Positions 1 to 9,127 of a DNA stretch of 64,000 nucleotides are shown here, piece by piece (within the stretch, counting starts at the first letter, position 1; each line of letters opens with the position of its first letter). The stretch lies in the NCBI GenBank assembly GCA_021812985.1, contig JAKAMG010000013.1:586-64585 (forward strand). The letters are read 5' to 3'. The translations under genes and the position numbers were made by a program. The notes beneath the pieces were generated by a model, which was not told the origin of the DNA, ran no database searches, and was given only the letters and a program-made list of their open reading frames with translations. The DNA comes from Bacteroidota bacterium. GTDB lineage: Bacteria; Bacteroidota; Ignavibacteria; Kryptoniales; JAKASW01.

Positions 1-2866
1 ACTTGTTAACGAATATATCGAGCCTGTGCAGCGCCGTCTCCCTGCTGTCGAGGGAATCGGTTTGCACCACAAAAAGTCCAGTCGATCTGTTGTACCTTGA
101 CTCTACTATTTGTCCCGAAAGAATCCTGGCCCACTTAGCGAACTTTGACGCCTTATCGCGTGTGTTAAACGCGCCGAGCTGGACGAGATATTTCCTGTTG
201 GAGGTTTCCGCGGAAGGCCGTGCCTCAGCGGCAGCGCTCCCGACTTTCGGATGCGGGGGCAACACCGCGCTCGGGGTCTTCAGCACCATCTTGAGCCCCT
301 CCACAAAGTCACCGTCGATGGAAGGCTTGACCGTAAAATGCAGCGACGGAGGGTCAGATACGACTTCCAGCACACGGAGCTGAGTCGGATCGACGTACGC
401 CTCGTAATCGCCTGGGGGGAGCCCCATATAGTAGAAGCTTCCGTCATTGAACACGTTCACGCTCCTGTCCTTGCCGCCGGAGAGAGATTTTATTTCAAGC
501 GTAAGACCCGCAATCGCGGACAACACGCCTCCCTGTTCCCTAAGGACGGTACCGTCGACAATTCCCCCCGCGTAAAAGGGGACATCAACCCTCTTGTATG
601 AATTCGGGTCTGTTATGAAAGAGAATGATTTCTCTTTCGGTATCCAAAGCGGATTTCTTATCGTGCTGAGGTCGACATCCGCGCTGTACTGCGTATAAGG
701 GAGGAGGTTCCAATCCCTTATAGTGCCATCTTTGGAAGTCTCGATTGAAACGGCCTGGCGCAGGTTGATCTGTCCCTCCTTTATAATCTCTTCGCCCTTG
801 TCATATCTTCCGTTCCCATTTGCATCCACAAACATCCTCATCGAAGCGGCGGAATGCCCGACCCAACCTATGTCGTTGAAGAGGAGTGTACCACTGTTGC
901 TGTCGAAGCCCACCGAACCAGACAGGTTCTCGGCATAAGTAGTTCCGGTGCTTTGAGACTGCACGTTGGTCGTGGACCGCGTGAACGGAAGGTCCGCTAT
1001 GATTTGCAGGCTTAGGCTGGTCGACCTGTTTACATAGTCTCTTTCGGCTGTAAAGGCGACCCTTATGTATTGCTGCAGATTCTTAGAGAGCTGAAAGGAC
1101 AGATCGTCGAGAGAGTTTTTCAACACGCCGTACCTTCCCGTCACATTGAGCAGAGTGCCGTTAAGGAAGCTTAGGGCATCGCTTTGGAAGAAGAGTGAGT
1201 AGAGAACGTTCCCCGAAAGGCTGTAGTTTTGAATTAGAGTTCCAGGCCCGAAATCAGTTATCGACCTCTGGTATCCTAGGGAGGCGTTCACCTGTGATAG
1301 GTCTGTCGAGAGGTAGCTTGAATATGTATATGTTCGTTCACCCCCCGCATAATCCTCGGCAGTGCCCGCTAGTCTGATATTAAAGTCGCTGCCTCCGAAC
1401 GAGAATGGCATGTAGGCGTTGGCATCGGCCTCCTGGAGTTTTCCGCCAGGGTTGTACAGTAGATTATGGTTATAACGCGAGTAAGACATGTCCCACGCTG
1501 CCTGAGAGGCGTAGAGCGCACTGAAGGTGGATTTATAATATGCCTGAGGAGCGGCATCGATGTCCATAGTATACTCTGGGCTGAATCTCAAGGAAAGCGA
1601 GTTGTAGAACAACGGCTCCCCGAAAAGAGGGTTGTCCAGATAATCCATCCCCACCTTATCGGATGCCCAGTCAAAGAGGCCGAAGTTCAGGTAGGCGGAG
1701 GCGAAATTTTGGTTAGAATTCTCAATTTTGCCAGCGCTGACAGAATATGTAACCTGACCGGCCGGGAGAAACGAGAATGGGATCTGGAGCCTTCTGTCAG
1801 ACTCATGAAACTCGCCGTTGGGCCCATAGTATTTCAATTGGACGAACGACGTGCCATAGACGATTGGTATTTTGAACTCCGCCCTTCCAAGCGAGTCAGC
1901 GGTTTTATATCCCACGAGCTGACCGTTAAGATAGAGTTCTACGTCCCAGCCGGGATTTGTCTTCGCGTCGACGGCGTACTGGCCGAATAGCGTTCGTACT
2001 GTGAGAGGTTCGTTCGAGATCTGCGCACCGCGGAAGCCGTATTGCGTGAGTCCGCCCGAGTAGAGATTGCCGAGCCCGGCATAGGTGATGATACCGGTGG
2101 AGTCGAAGGCATACTTCCAGCTGAAGGTGTTCGAGTTGATTGTCGATCCGGTCCGTGAAAGCGTGCCGTATATGTTTCCCTCGGTTTCTCCTCCGAGGAC
2201 CTCTGCGCCGCCGTCGAGCTCGTAATTATAGGTCGGCTGTCCCCCAGTACCCGTTGCGGTAAGCGAATAGTCCACTACCCCGCCGTTCAGAAGCGATCGA
2301 CTTCTCGGGTACATTAGCGGAGCCTGGATAAGATTCGTGTCTGGCGAAACAACGGCGTAATTTTTCCTGCTCTCCCTCTGATAGTCTTTCACAATCGGAA
2401 GCTCCAGATCAGTATTGAGAAAGAGCGAGAGTGAACCGAAGTCAGCTTTGAAATTAAGGCCGAATATTTCACTGATGACGGACGGAAGGAGATAGAAATC
2501 GAGCTGTCCAATAATAACCTTTGACGTGTCGAACCTGATCTTCCTTCCCCCGATCTCCGCCTCGCCCGTTCCGAAGTTGACGACATATTTCACGGATGGA
2601 GTTATGTAGAACCCAATCATGGTCCTCGCCTTGAGATCAAGCGAGTAGTCTACCCTTAACTCCTTGAACAGAGTGCCAATGGGAACATAAACGGAATCCT
2701 TGTCATACAGCGCCGTGACGACTGTATTTACAAGCCCGCTATAATTGAAAGAGAGATAAATGTCCTGAGTGTCAGGACTTCTGGAAGGCTCCTGTGCGTG
2801 CACTCCCCCCGCGAGGGAGAGCAGTACGAAGGCGGTCACTACCCAAAGAGATTTTTGTGCGCAGAT
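1..2866 (-). CDS. Large secreted/outer-membrane usher-like candidate, 3'-partial (runs off the left edge). C-terminal beta-sandwich (carboxypeptidase-regulatory-like) plus SPOR-like domain.
   Basis: Uninterrupted minus-strand frame from about 2866 to base 1 (at least 946 codons). It is missing from the ORF track because no stop lies inside the window. The N-terminus ..KSLWVVTAFVLLSLAGGVHA/QEP looks like a signal peptide. Long aromatic/polar alternating beta-strand-like stretches follow. The tail KYLVQLGAFNTRDKASKFAKWA...GLFVVQTDSLDSRETALHRL fits the SPOR pattern. The start is uncertain: GTG at 2839 or non-canonical ATC at 2866, with an in-frame TGA at 2876-2878. Confidence 0.6.
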   Translation of the reverse strand, partial: MCAQKSLWVVTAFVLLSLAGGVHAQEPSRSPDTQDIYLSFNYSGLVNTVVTALYDKDSVYVPIGTLFKELRVDYSLDLKARTMIGFYITPSVKYVVNFGTGEAEIGGRKIRFDTSKVIIGQLDFYLLPSVISEIFGLNFKADFGSLSLFLNTDLELPIVKDYQRESRKNYAVVSPDTNLIQAPLMYPRSRSLLNGGVVDYSLTATGTGGQPTYNYELDGGAEVLGGETEGNIYGTLSRTGSTINSNTFSWKYAFDSTGIITYAGLGNLYSGGLTQYGFRGAQISNEPLTVRTLFGQYAVDAKTNPGWDVELYLNGQLVGYKTADSLGRAEFKIPIVYGTSFVQLKYYGPNGEFHESDRRLQIPFSFLPAGQVTYSVSAGKIENSNQNFASAYLNFGLFDWASDKVGMDYLDNPLFGEPLFYNSLSLRFSPEYTMDIDAAPQAYYKSTFSALYASQAAWDMSYSRYNHNLLYNPGGKLQEADANAYMPFSFGGSDFNIRLAGTAEDYAGGERTYTYSSYLSTDLSQVNASLGYQRSITDFGPGTLIQNYSLSGNVLYSLFFQSDALSFLNGTLLNVTGRYGVLKNSLDDLSFQLSKNLQQYIRVAFTAERDYVNRSTSLSLQIIADLPFTRSTTNVQSQSTGTTYAENLSGSVGFDSNSGTLLFNDIGWVGHSAASMRMFVDANGNGRYDKGEEIIKEGQINLRQAVSIETSKDGTIRDWNLLPYTQYSADVDLSTIRNPLWIPKEKSFSFITDPNSYKRVDVPFYAGGIVDGTVLREQGGVLSAIAGLTLEIKSLSGGKDRSVNVFNDGSFYYMGLPPGDYEAYVDPTQLRVLEVVSDPPSLHFTVKPSIDGDFVEGLKMVLKTPSAVLPPHPKVGSAAAEARPSAETSNRKYLVQLGAFNTRDKASKFAKWARILSGQIVESRYNRSTGLFVVQTDSLDSRETALHRLDIFVNK

Positions 2867-2946
2867 TTCTAACTCTCACGTGTTTCTTATTTCTGACCTC
2901 AGGCTACCAATCTGAGCCCCGATGACGAGGAGCCTGAAGCGTCACC

Positions 2947-3768
2947 TTACTGGACCACGAAGCTCAGTTTCTTTTCGACCGCCGGAACCTTGAGCAAATC
3001 ATTGGCGGTGATATCGCTTCTCTCCGACACCAGCGTGATTTCAGCAGTGTATGTTCCGCTTCGAAGCTTGGAAAGGGGAACAGCAAACTTCACCATCATC
3101 GTGTCGGGATAGATTGCCACTATTTCGCCGCCACTATAGACTGTGTTCCCCGCGCGGTCAACGACAGAGCCGACCATCTTGCCGAAATACGGAGAATTGC
3201 CCCCACGCAGCACCTTGGCAAGAATAACAACTGAAGACGAGTCGGTCATCGAACTGATTTCGGGTATCTCCACGGAAGTGTTGACATAACCCTTCTTGTA
3301 AATAACCGTGGTCACTTGCTGAAGTACGAACGTGATGTTCGCCGTTATGCCTGTCTTCACCGTGTCAATGGTCTGCGCCTGAGGAGTAGAACTTGTCACC
3401 AGCCTTGTCCAGTATTCACCGTCCGGTATTCCCTGCGGAGCGGTCACGAGGAGACGGACGACCTGTTGTTGGCCGGGATTAATGATGAACTTCTCCGGGA
3501 ATCCCCTTAGCCAGGTCTGACAGGAATGCTTCGCCGCCATCAGGCTGTCATTGTACTGCATCGTTATGTTCCCGAGAGAATCTGATTCAGGATAACCAAA
3601 CTTGAAAGATATGCTTATTTCCTGCGGAGTGTTCGACCTGTTCAACACAATGAAAGTTCCGAAACGGGACTGATCGCTCATGAAGAGAAGCGTCGGTGCC
3701 ACAATGACCTGTGCCCGTGCCACCAAGACAGACACAAGTACCAGAAACAGAGGGAGTGTCTTTTTCAT
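2947..3768 (-). CDS. Periplasmic fimbrial chaperone-like protein (PapD-like Ig fold candidate)
   Basis: Signal peptide MKKTLPLFLVLVSVLVARAQ. The N-terminal domain pattern APTLLFMSDQSRFGTFIVLNRSNTPQEISISF ... FPEKFIINPGQQQVVRLLV ... EYWTRLV resembles the pilus chaperone N-domain signature. It sits between a fimbrial-subunit-like gene and a large OM protein. Confidence 0.5.
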   Translation of the reverse strand: MKKTLPLFLVLVSVLVARAQVIVAPTLLFMSDQSRFGTFIVLNRSNTPQEISISFKFGYPESDSLGNITMQYNDSLMAAKHSCQTWLRGFPEKFIINPGQQQVVRLLVTAPQGIPDGEYWTRLVTSSTPQAQTIDTVKTGITANITFVLQQVTTVIYKKGYVNTSVEIPEISSMTDSSSVVILAKVLRGGNSPYFGKMVGSVVDRAGNTVYSGGEIVAIYPDTMMVKFAVPLSKLRSGTYTAEITLVSERSDITANDLLKVPAVEKKLSFVVQ

Positions 3769-3865
3769 GGACGTAATTTAACCAATTATAAGTTAGCTCC
3801 AAAAGTGCCGACGGCAGACCCGGCCCTACTGGACTTAAACCAAACGGAGGCGTGGAGCGAAGACA

Positions 3866-3900
3866 TCAAAAAAAGGCCTGGCAGTTTGCGCCAGGCCTTT
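3866..3900 (-). terminator. Rho-independent terminator/attenuator between the subunit and chaperone genes
   Basis: The minus strand reads AAAGGCCTGGC-GCAAACT-GCCAGGCCTTT followed by a run of T (7 T in total). It lies 60 nt after the stop of the 3960-4451 gene. Confidence 0.65.
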
Positions 3901-3959
3901 CTCACATCGATCCCGCCAATTGCAGTGGGCTCACAGCCGAAAAGCAGAGTGCCGTACAG

Positions 3960-4451
3960 CTAATAGCTCACGGTAAGAGTGAATGTAGCTGTATAGGTAC
4001 CCGGTGTGGTGCTGTTAGATATTCCGCTTACTGTACCGCCAACCCAGAAATAATAGTCTCCCGTTGTCGCGTCAAGGGAAACGGTGGAATTGCTGCTAAC
4101 GCTTGTCGAAGACCCCTGCGTATTCGTGTTAAGTCCGTAGAGCGCGGGGGCATAGGTCAAGCTGCTTGACGGCGGATTTGCTGAGCTGTATGTCACGGTA
4201 ATCGTGTGACTCGTATCGCCATTCACTATGAACGTGCCAGCGGACTGCCCGGCAGTGGGACTATTAGGGGTCAGCGTTATGCTACCAACTCCCGCATACG
4301 TGGAGCCAAAGCTACCGTTAGTAGAACTGGTGATGGTCAGTCCCTTGTAGACACTAAGGCTCATATTCACGGTCTGAGTCCCCGACTGTTGCGCTAGCGA
4401 CATTCCCGAAAAGCCGAGGATCAACGCCGCCGCAAAAAGTAATTTCTTCAT
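3960..4451 (-). CDS. Secreted DUF4402 / spore-coat-U (SCPU)-like fimbrial subunit candidate
   Basis: Start taken at the internal ATG at 4451, which has an AGGAGAG RBS 6 nt upstream. Signal peptide MKKLLFAAALILGFSGMSLAQQ. The mature part is Cys-free and very Thr/Ser/Gly-rich. The C-terminus ..GDYYFWVGGTVSGISNSTTPGTYTATFTLTVSY matches the family ending G.Y.g.f.vtv.Y as I recall it. Confidence 0.55.
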   Translation of the reverse strand: MKKLLFAAALILGFSGMSLAQQSGTQTVNMSLSVYKGLTITSSTNGSFGSTYAGVGSITLTPNSPTAGQSAGTFIVNGDTSHTITVTYSSANPPSSSLTYAPALYGLNTNTQGSSTSVSSNSTVSLDATTGDYYFWVGGTVSGISNSTTPGTYTATFTLTVSY

Positions 4452-4599
4452 TTCAACTCTCCTTTGAATCACAAACTTTGTTAAAAAAACATTCCCCCGA
4501 TGGACGCCATTTGGAACCTCTGAAGTATGTCTCTTTCTTATTCATGCCTATCTAACTATGCGACAACACTCATGCCACGGTAAAGCCAGCGTTTCAGTG

Positions 4600-4658
4600 A
4601 AAAAGAGCCTCATTTGCGACGTCCCGAAGGTCGTTTGTTACGTGGAAGTAACATGAGG
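4600..4658 (-). terminator. Compound stem-loop followed by a T-run, downstream of the GH31 gene
   Basis: On the minus strand, CCTCAT...ATGAGG encloses GTTAC-ttccac-GTAAC and is followed by CTCTTTTT. The outer stem is only 6 bp. Confidence 0.35.
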
Positions 4659-4786
4659 GTTTATTTCTGTAACTTTTGGCGGGTGCGGCAAAGACAGACG
4701 TTCCCTTGTCGCCCGGAGCTCAGAGATTCCAGCTCTGAACAAGCTGAACCCGGGCGGCCGCAATCCGAGAAAAGGCCGAATTCAGA

Positions 4787-7186
4787 TCACTCCAGGTGAA
4801 CCGAGCGGATAAAAGGATCGTACGGAAAGACCACCTCGACAAGGTTTCCTCCGACAGACTTCACACTTCCGTTCAGTGTGCGACCATCAGAAGTCTTTGC
4901 AGTGGCCGATCTGAAGGGATGAGCAGACTCAAGCTTTATTCCCATTTCCTTGAATCCCGGCTTGAAACCGCCGCTCGACTCAAATTCCAAGTCTGCCTCG
5001 CGGGCGCCCGATTTGTACGAAACGTTGAGATTAAGGAAATCGCCATTCCTGTACGCGAGTGTCGCGCCGTCGTCAAAGTAAGCATTCCCCTTCGCCGATT
5101 TATTGCCAAACACATTGACGTAGAGAGTATCTGCCTGCTCGCTTGTTGACTGGATGAGACTTTGCGTAAAGAGGACTGTCCCTTCGCGGACGAAGGCAGG
5201 CGTTCTTCCGAGAGGAGCGTCTACGACGTGGGAACCGCCGTCGAGTGTGCTCCGGTCATCAATCCGCATCCACCTACCCGCAGGGAGGTAAACGCTTCGT
5301 TTCACGACGCCCGAGTCAAGGACAGGCGCGACAAGTATCTTGCCGCCGAACATGAACTCGTCCGAAATCGCGTACGCCTTATTGTCCTTCGGGAAGTCGA
5401 GGTAAAGCGGTCTGACTATCGGAAGGCCTGTCTTATTCGCTTCGCGGAAGGCGGTGTATATTTCGGGAAGCATCTCGTACCTTCTGCTTATCACCTCGCG
5501 GTTGATCTTCGTGTATTCAGGGCCGAAGACCCAAGGCTCACGCGGCTTTGAGTCGTTCGTGCTGTGCGTCCTGTAGAATGGCGTAAAGGCGCCAAGTTCA
5601 AGCCATCGCGTGAAGAGTTCGGGACTGGGGTTTCCCACAAAGCCTCCAACGTCGCTCCCGACGAAAGGCTGTCCGCTCACTCCGATATTCAGGAACATCG
5701 CGAGGGCGAGTCTCAGGTGGGCGAAGCTGGCGAAGTTGTCGCCGGTCCACATGGCTGCATACCTTTGACCGCCCGCGTAGTTGGCGCGCGTCAGGACGAA
5801 CGGGCGTTTATTGGGTTCGAGCCGCTCGAGGCCTTCCCTAGTTCCCCGCGCCATCTGCATTCCATAAAGGTTATGAACCTCGTAGTGTTCCACCGTGTCG
5901 CCGTCTACGTCATGAAGCACGTCCGGCGGAAAAGTCTTGTTCGGAGTATCGAATACGCTCGGCTCGTTCATGTCGTTCCAGAATCCGTCGACACCGTAGT
6001 CGACGAGAAACTTGTATTGATCTCCCCACCATTCCCTCGCCTCTTTCCTGAGAAAGTCCGGGAAGACGCAATCTCCAGGCCAGACCCTCCCGACGAAATA
6101 TTTTCCGTCAGGGGTTCTTACGAAGACGTCCTTCTTCATTCCGCTTTTGAAAACCCGGTAGCTCTTGTCGTTCTTAATGCCGGGGTCGATTATAGTCACG
6201 ACCTTGAATCCCATGTCATGGAGCGTGTCCAACATCTCCTTGGGTGTCGGAAAGTTCTTCGGGCTCCATGTGAAACACCTGTATCCGTCCATGTAGTCTA
6301 TATCTAGAAATATCACGTCACAGGGGATCTGGTTCTTCCTGAAATCGCGGGCCAGGGTCAGGACTTTTGACTCGGGATAATAACTCCAGCGCGATTGCTG
6401 GTAACCCAGAGACCAGATCGGGGGCATATGCATCTTGCCGGTCAGTTCGGCAAACTTGCGAACGATTTCCGCGGCATCCTTTCCGGTTATGATATACAGG
6501 TCAAGATCGCCCGCGCCGGCGGTGTAAGTGAATTTGCCGCTCTCCGTCGCGCCCACGTCGAACGTCGTGCGTGACGGGTTGTCAAAGAAGAGTCCATAAG
6601 CGCCGTGTGCGTCTGCCTTCAGAAGGAACGGGACACTCTCGTAAAGGGGATCGAATTTCACGCTGTAAGCAGGGAAGTCCGAGTTCCACATCGTCCAGCG
6701 CGTGCCATACCTGTTGTAAGGGAGCGTCTTCTCGCCCAGACCGTAGAAATTTTTCGCGTTGTGTATATCGAATTCCGCAGTAAGCCCCGAGTCACTGAAG
6801 GCATAATTATTTAGGTCGAGAACGTCTGCCCCGTTTTCCGAGATAAGCTTCAGCTTCCCGGTTTCGGGTGAGAAGATGACCGTCCCGTTAGGGTACGCAG
6901 CTCTCACCTCTTCCCTGCTGACCTTCATCCCGCTCCTGGAGATTTCTTCCGGAGACTCAATGACGGCAAACGATTTCAACGCATGCCCGCCCCTCTGGAT
7001 CTTGAGATGGAAAATCCCGGATTTAAACGCCTGGGCTTTCGCACTCCCGGCCTTGTAACTCGCCATCACTTCGTACCGCTCCTTCTGTAAATTTGCCAGC
7101 TTGCCCAGCGATTCAATCTTCTTTGCGGAGGCATTGCTCATTCCGAGTTGGGCGCCAAGCAGCAGAATCAATCCGTAAATTAGCAT
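4787..7186 (-). CDS. Glycoside hydrolase family 31 alpha-glucosidase/alpha-xylosidase, secreted
   Basis: 799 aa. Carries the GH31 nucleophile motif GFWNDMNEPS and an N-terminal signal peptide MLIYGLILLLGAQLGMSNASA. Confidence 0.85.
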   Translation of the reverse strand: MLIYGLILLLGAQLGMSNASAKKIESLGKLANLQKERYEVMASYKAGSAKAQAFKSGIFHLKIQRGGHALKSFAVIESPEEISRSGMKVSREEVRAAYPNGTVIFSPETGKLKLISENGADVLDLNNYAFSDSGLTAEFDIHNAKNFYGLGEKTLPYNRYGTRWTMWNSDFPAYSVKFDPLYESVPFLLKADAHGAYGLFFDNPSRTTFDVGATESGKFTYTAGAGDLDLYIITGKDAAEIVRKFAELTGKMHMPPIWSLGYQQSRWSYYPESKVLTLARDFRKNQIPCDVIFLDIDYMDGYRCFTWSPKNFPTPKEMLDTLHDMGFKVVTIIDPGIKNDKSYRVFKSGMKKDVFVRTPDGKYFVGRVWPGDCVFPDFLRKEAREWWGDQYKFLVDYGVDGFWNDMNEPSVFDTPNKTFPPDVLHDVDGDTVEHYEVHNLYGMQMARGTREGLERLEPNKRPFVLTRANYAGGQRYAAMWTGDNFASFAHLRLALAMFLNIGVSGQPFVGSDVGGFVGNPSPELFTRWLELGAFTPFYRTHSTNDSKPREPWVFGPEYTKINREVISRRYEMLPEIYTAFREANKTGLPIVRPLYLDFPKDNKAYAISDEFMFGGKILVAPVLDSGVVKRSVYLPAGRWMRIDDRSTLDGGSHVVDAPLGRTPAFVREGTVLFTQSLIQSTSEQADTLYVNVFGNKSAKGNAYFDDGATLAYRNGDFLNLNVSYKSGAREADLEFESSGGFKPGFKEMGIKLESAHPFRSATAKTSDGRTLNGSVKSVGGNLVEVVFPYDPFIRSVHLE

Positions 7187-7187
7187 C

Positions 7188-9014
7188 TCAGATCACCTTT
7201 AAGTGGAGTTCCATCAATTGTTCCCGGCTCACTTCGCTGGGGGCCTCATCCATGAGTGACATGGCGCTGCTAGTCTTCGGGAAGGCGATCACGTCGCGTA
7301 TGGATTTGCTTCCGGTGAAGAGCATTACGAGCCTGTCGAAACCGAACGCGATGCCTCCGTGGGGGGGAGCGCCGTATTTGAATGCCTCAAGGAGAAACCC
7401 AAATTTGGTCTGAGCCTCCTCGTCCGAAATTCCGAGACAACCGAACATTTTCTTCTGAAGTTCAGGCTGAAAAATCCTTATGCTTCCTCCGGCAATCTCG
7501 TTTCCGTTCCACACGAGGTCATACGCTCTGGCCCGGGCGTCGCCGACAGGGTTCTCGCTCGTCCAGCGCTTCTTCGACCTGAACTCTTCGAGCCCCTTAT
7601 CGAGTATCGCCGCGTCTTCGTCCCTCGGCGAAGTAAACGGGTGGTGCATCGCCGCGAACCGCCTCTCGTCCTCCGACCATTCAAGGAGAGGAAACTCCGT
7701 GACCCAAAGGAGGGCATCCTTTTTCGGATCTATGAGATCGAATTTTCTCGCGACCTCGAGTCTGAACTGCCCAAGCGTCGAGAAAATCTGTTTGCGTGGC
7801 TGAGTGACGATGAGAATCAGGTCCCCGGTCTCCGACGCGAAGCTCTCGCGGAGTCCCTTGAGCTGATCGTCTGAAAAATATTTGGCCGTCGGCGATTCGA
7901 GTGACCCTGCGGAAACCTTGAAATACACGAGCCCGGCAGCGCCGCAGCTCTTCGCAAGATCCGTCAGGTCGTCGATCTGCTTGCGACTGACACCCGCCTG
8001 TCCCTTCAGGTTGAAACCGCAAATGAGGTTACCGCTCTGTATGCCAGTCTCAAAAACTTTGAACTGCGAGCCCTTCAGAAGTTCAGTAACGTTGACGATC
8101 TCCAGGCCGAATCGCAGGTCCGGCTTGTCGCTGCCGTACTTTGTGATCGCCTCGTCGTAGCTCATACGTGGAAGCGGCGTTGCCACATCGACGCCACGCA
8201 CCTCCTTGAAAAGCGTCTTGACCAGCCCTTCTGCCATCGCATAGATGTCCTCTTCGAGCACGAATGACATCTCGACATCTATCTGGGTGAATTCCGGCTG
8301 GCGATCGGCCCTGAGGTCCTCGTCGCGGAAGCACTTAACGATCTGAAAGTACCGGTCGTACCCGGAGACCATCAGGATCTGTTTGTAGGTCTGGGGGGAC
8401 TGCGGAAGCGCATAGAATTTCCCGTGATGAATCCTGCTTGGGACCAGGTAGTCACGTGCTCCTTCGGGCGTACTCTTCATGAGAAAGGGGGTCTCGATCT
8501 CCAGGAAATTTAGCGAGTCGAGGTAGCGTCTGACGGTCTGTGCCATCCTGTGACGCACCAGGAGATTGCTCTGCATCTGATGCCGCCTAAGATCCAGGTA
8601 GCGGTATTTCAGCCTGAGCTCTTCGCTCGTATCGATCTCATCCTCAATCGGGAACGGGGGCGTGTCTGCCTCGTTCAGGATCGCCAGATCGTCTCCCAAG
8701 ACTTCAATCGCTCCGGTTGGGAGAGATTTATTATCGGTCCCTTCCGGTCTCCGTTCCACTTTTCCCGTCGTGGAAATCACGTCTTCGCTTCGAAGCTGCT
8801 TCGCGATCTGATAGACCGCCTGGTTGTGCTGAGGGGCAAAGACAACCTGCGTCTTTCCGTACCTGTCGCGGAGATCGATGAAGATTACTCCGCCCAAGTC
8901 ACGTCTTCCATCTACCCAGCCATTGAGGGTCACGACTTTATTGACATCTTCAGCTCTTAATTCGCCACAAGTATGCGTTCTTTTCCTGCCGCGTAATGAT
9001 ATCGTTTCGGACAT
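7188..9014 (-). CDS. aspS: Aspartate--tRNA ligase
   Basis: 608 aa. Class II aaRS motifs FRDEDLRADRQPEFTQ, AGGSIRI and PPHGGIAFGFDRLVML, with an N-terminal OB-fold region. Confidence 0.95.
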   Translation of the reverse strand: MSETISLRGRKRTHTCGELRAEDVNKVVTLNGWVDGRRDLGGVIFIDLRDRYGKTQVVFAPQHNQAVYQIAKQLRSEDVISTTGKVERRPEGTDNKSLPTGAIEVLGDDLAILNEADTPPFPIEDEIDTSEELRLKYRYLDLRRHQMQSNLLVRHRMAQTVRRYLDSLNFLEIETPFLMKSTPEGARDYLVPSRIHHGKFYALPQSPQTYKQILMVSGYDRYFQIVKCFRDEDLRADRQPEFTQIDVEMSFVLEEDIYAMAEGLVKTLFKEVRGVDVATPLPRMSYDEAITKYGSDKPDLRFGLEIVNVTELLKGSQFKVFETGIQSGNLICGFNLKGQAGVSRKQIDDLTDLAKSCGAAGLVYFKVSAGSLESPTAKYFSDDQLKGLRESFASETGDLILIVTQPRKQIFSTLGQFRLEVARKFDLIDPKKDALLWVTEFPLLEWSEDERRFAAMHHPFTSPRDEDAAILDKGLEEFRSKKRWTSENPVGDARARAYDLVWNGNEIAGGSIRIFQPELQKKMFGCLGISDEEAQTKFGFLLEAFKYGAPPHGGIAFGFDRLVMLFTGSKSIRDVIAFPKTSSAMSLMDEAPSEVSREQLMELHLKVI

Positions 9015-9127
9015 ATCTTATTCTTCGTCTTGTTAATTCTGAACAGTGAAATTCAATATAAGAAAGGGGGAAACCAGTTTCAAAATCGCTGTTTTCCGGC
9101 AAAATCAGGGATGGAATCGCGTTCTCT

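Noticed and set aside
5564-6307. Long antisense ORFs inside confident genes. Examples: 5564-6307 in GH31, 14705-15442 and 15734-16471 in lon, 18070-18819, 34779-35549, 49068-49802 in nirK, and 61158-61724.
   Set aside because: Each lies fully opposite a gene with strong family motifs. Their products are low-complexity, Arg/Ser/Pro-rich, and lack motifs. This is typical of shadow ORFs in GC-rich coding DNA.
7186-7188. Functional coupling of aspS and the GH31 glycosidase, which are separated by 1 nt
   Set aside because: The tight spacing is most simply explained by a compact genome. There is no biological rationale and no shared regulatory signal.
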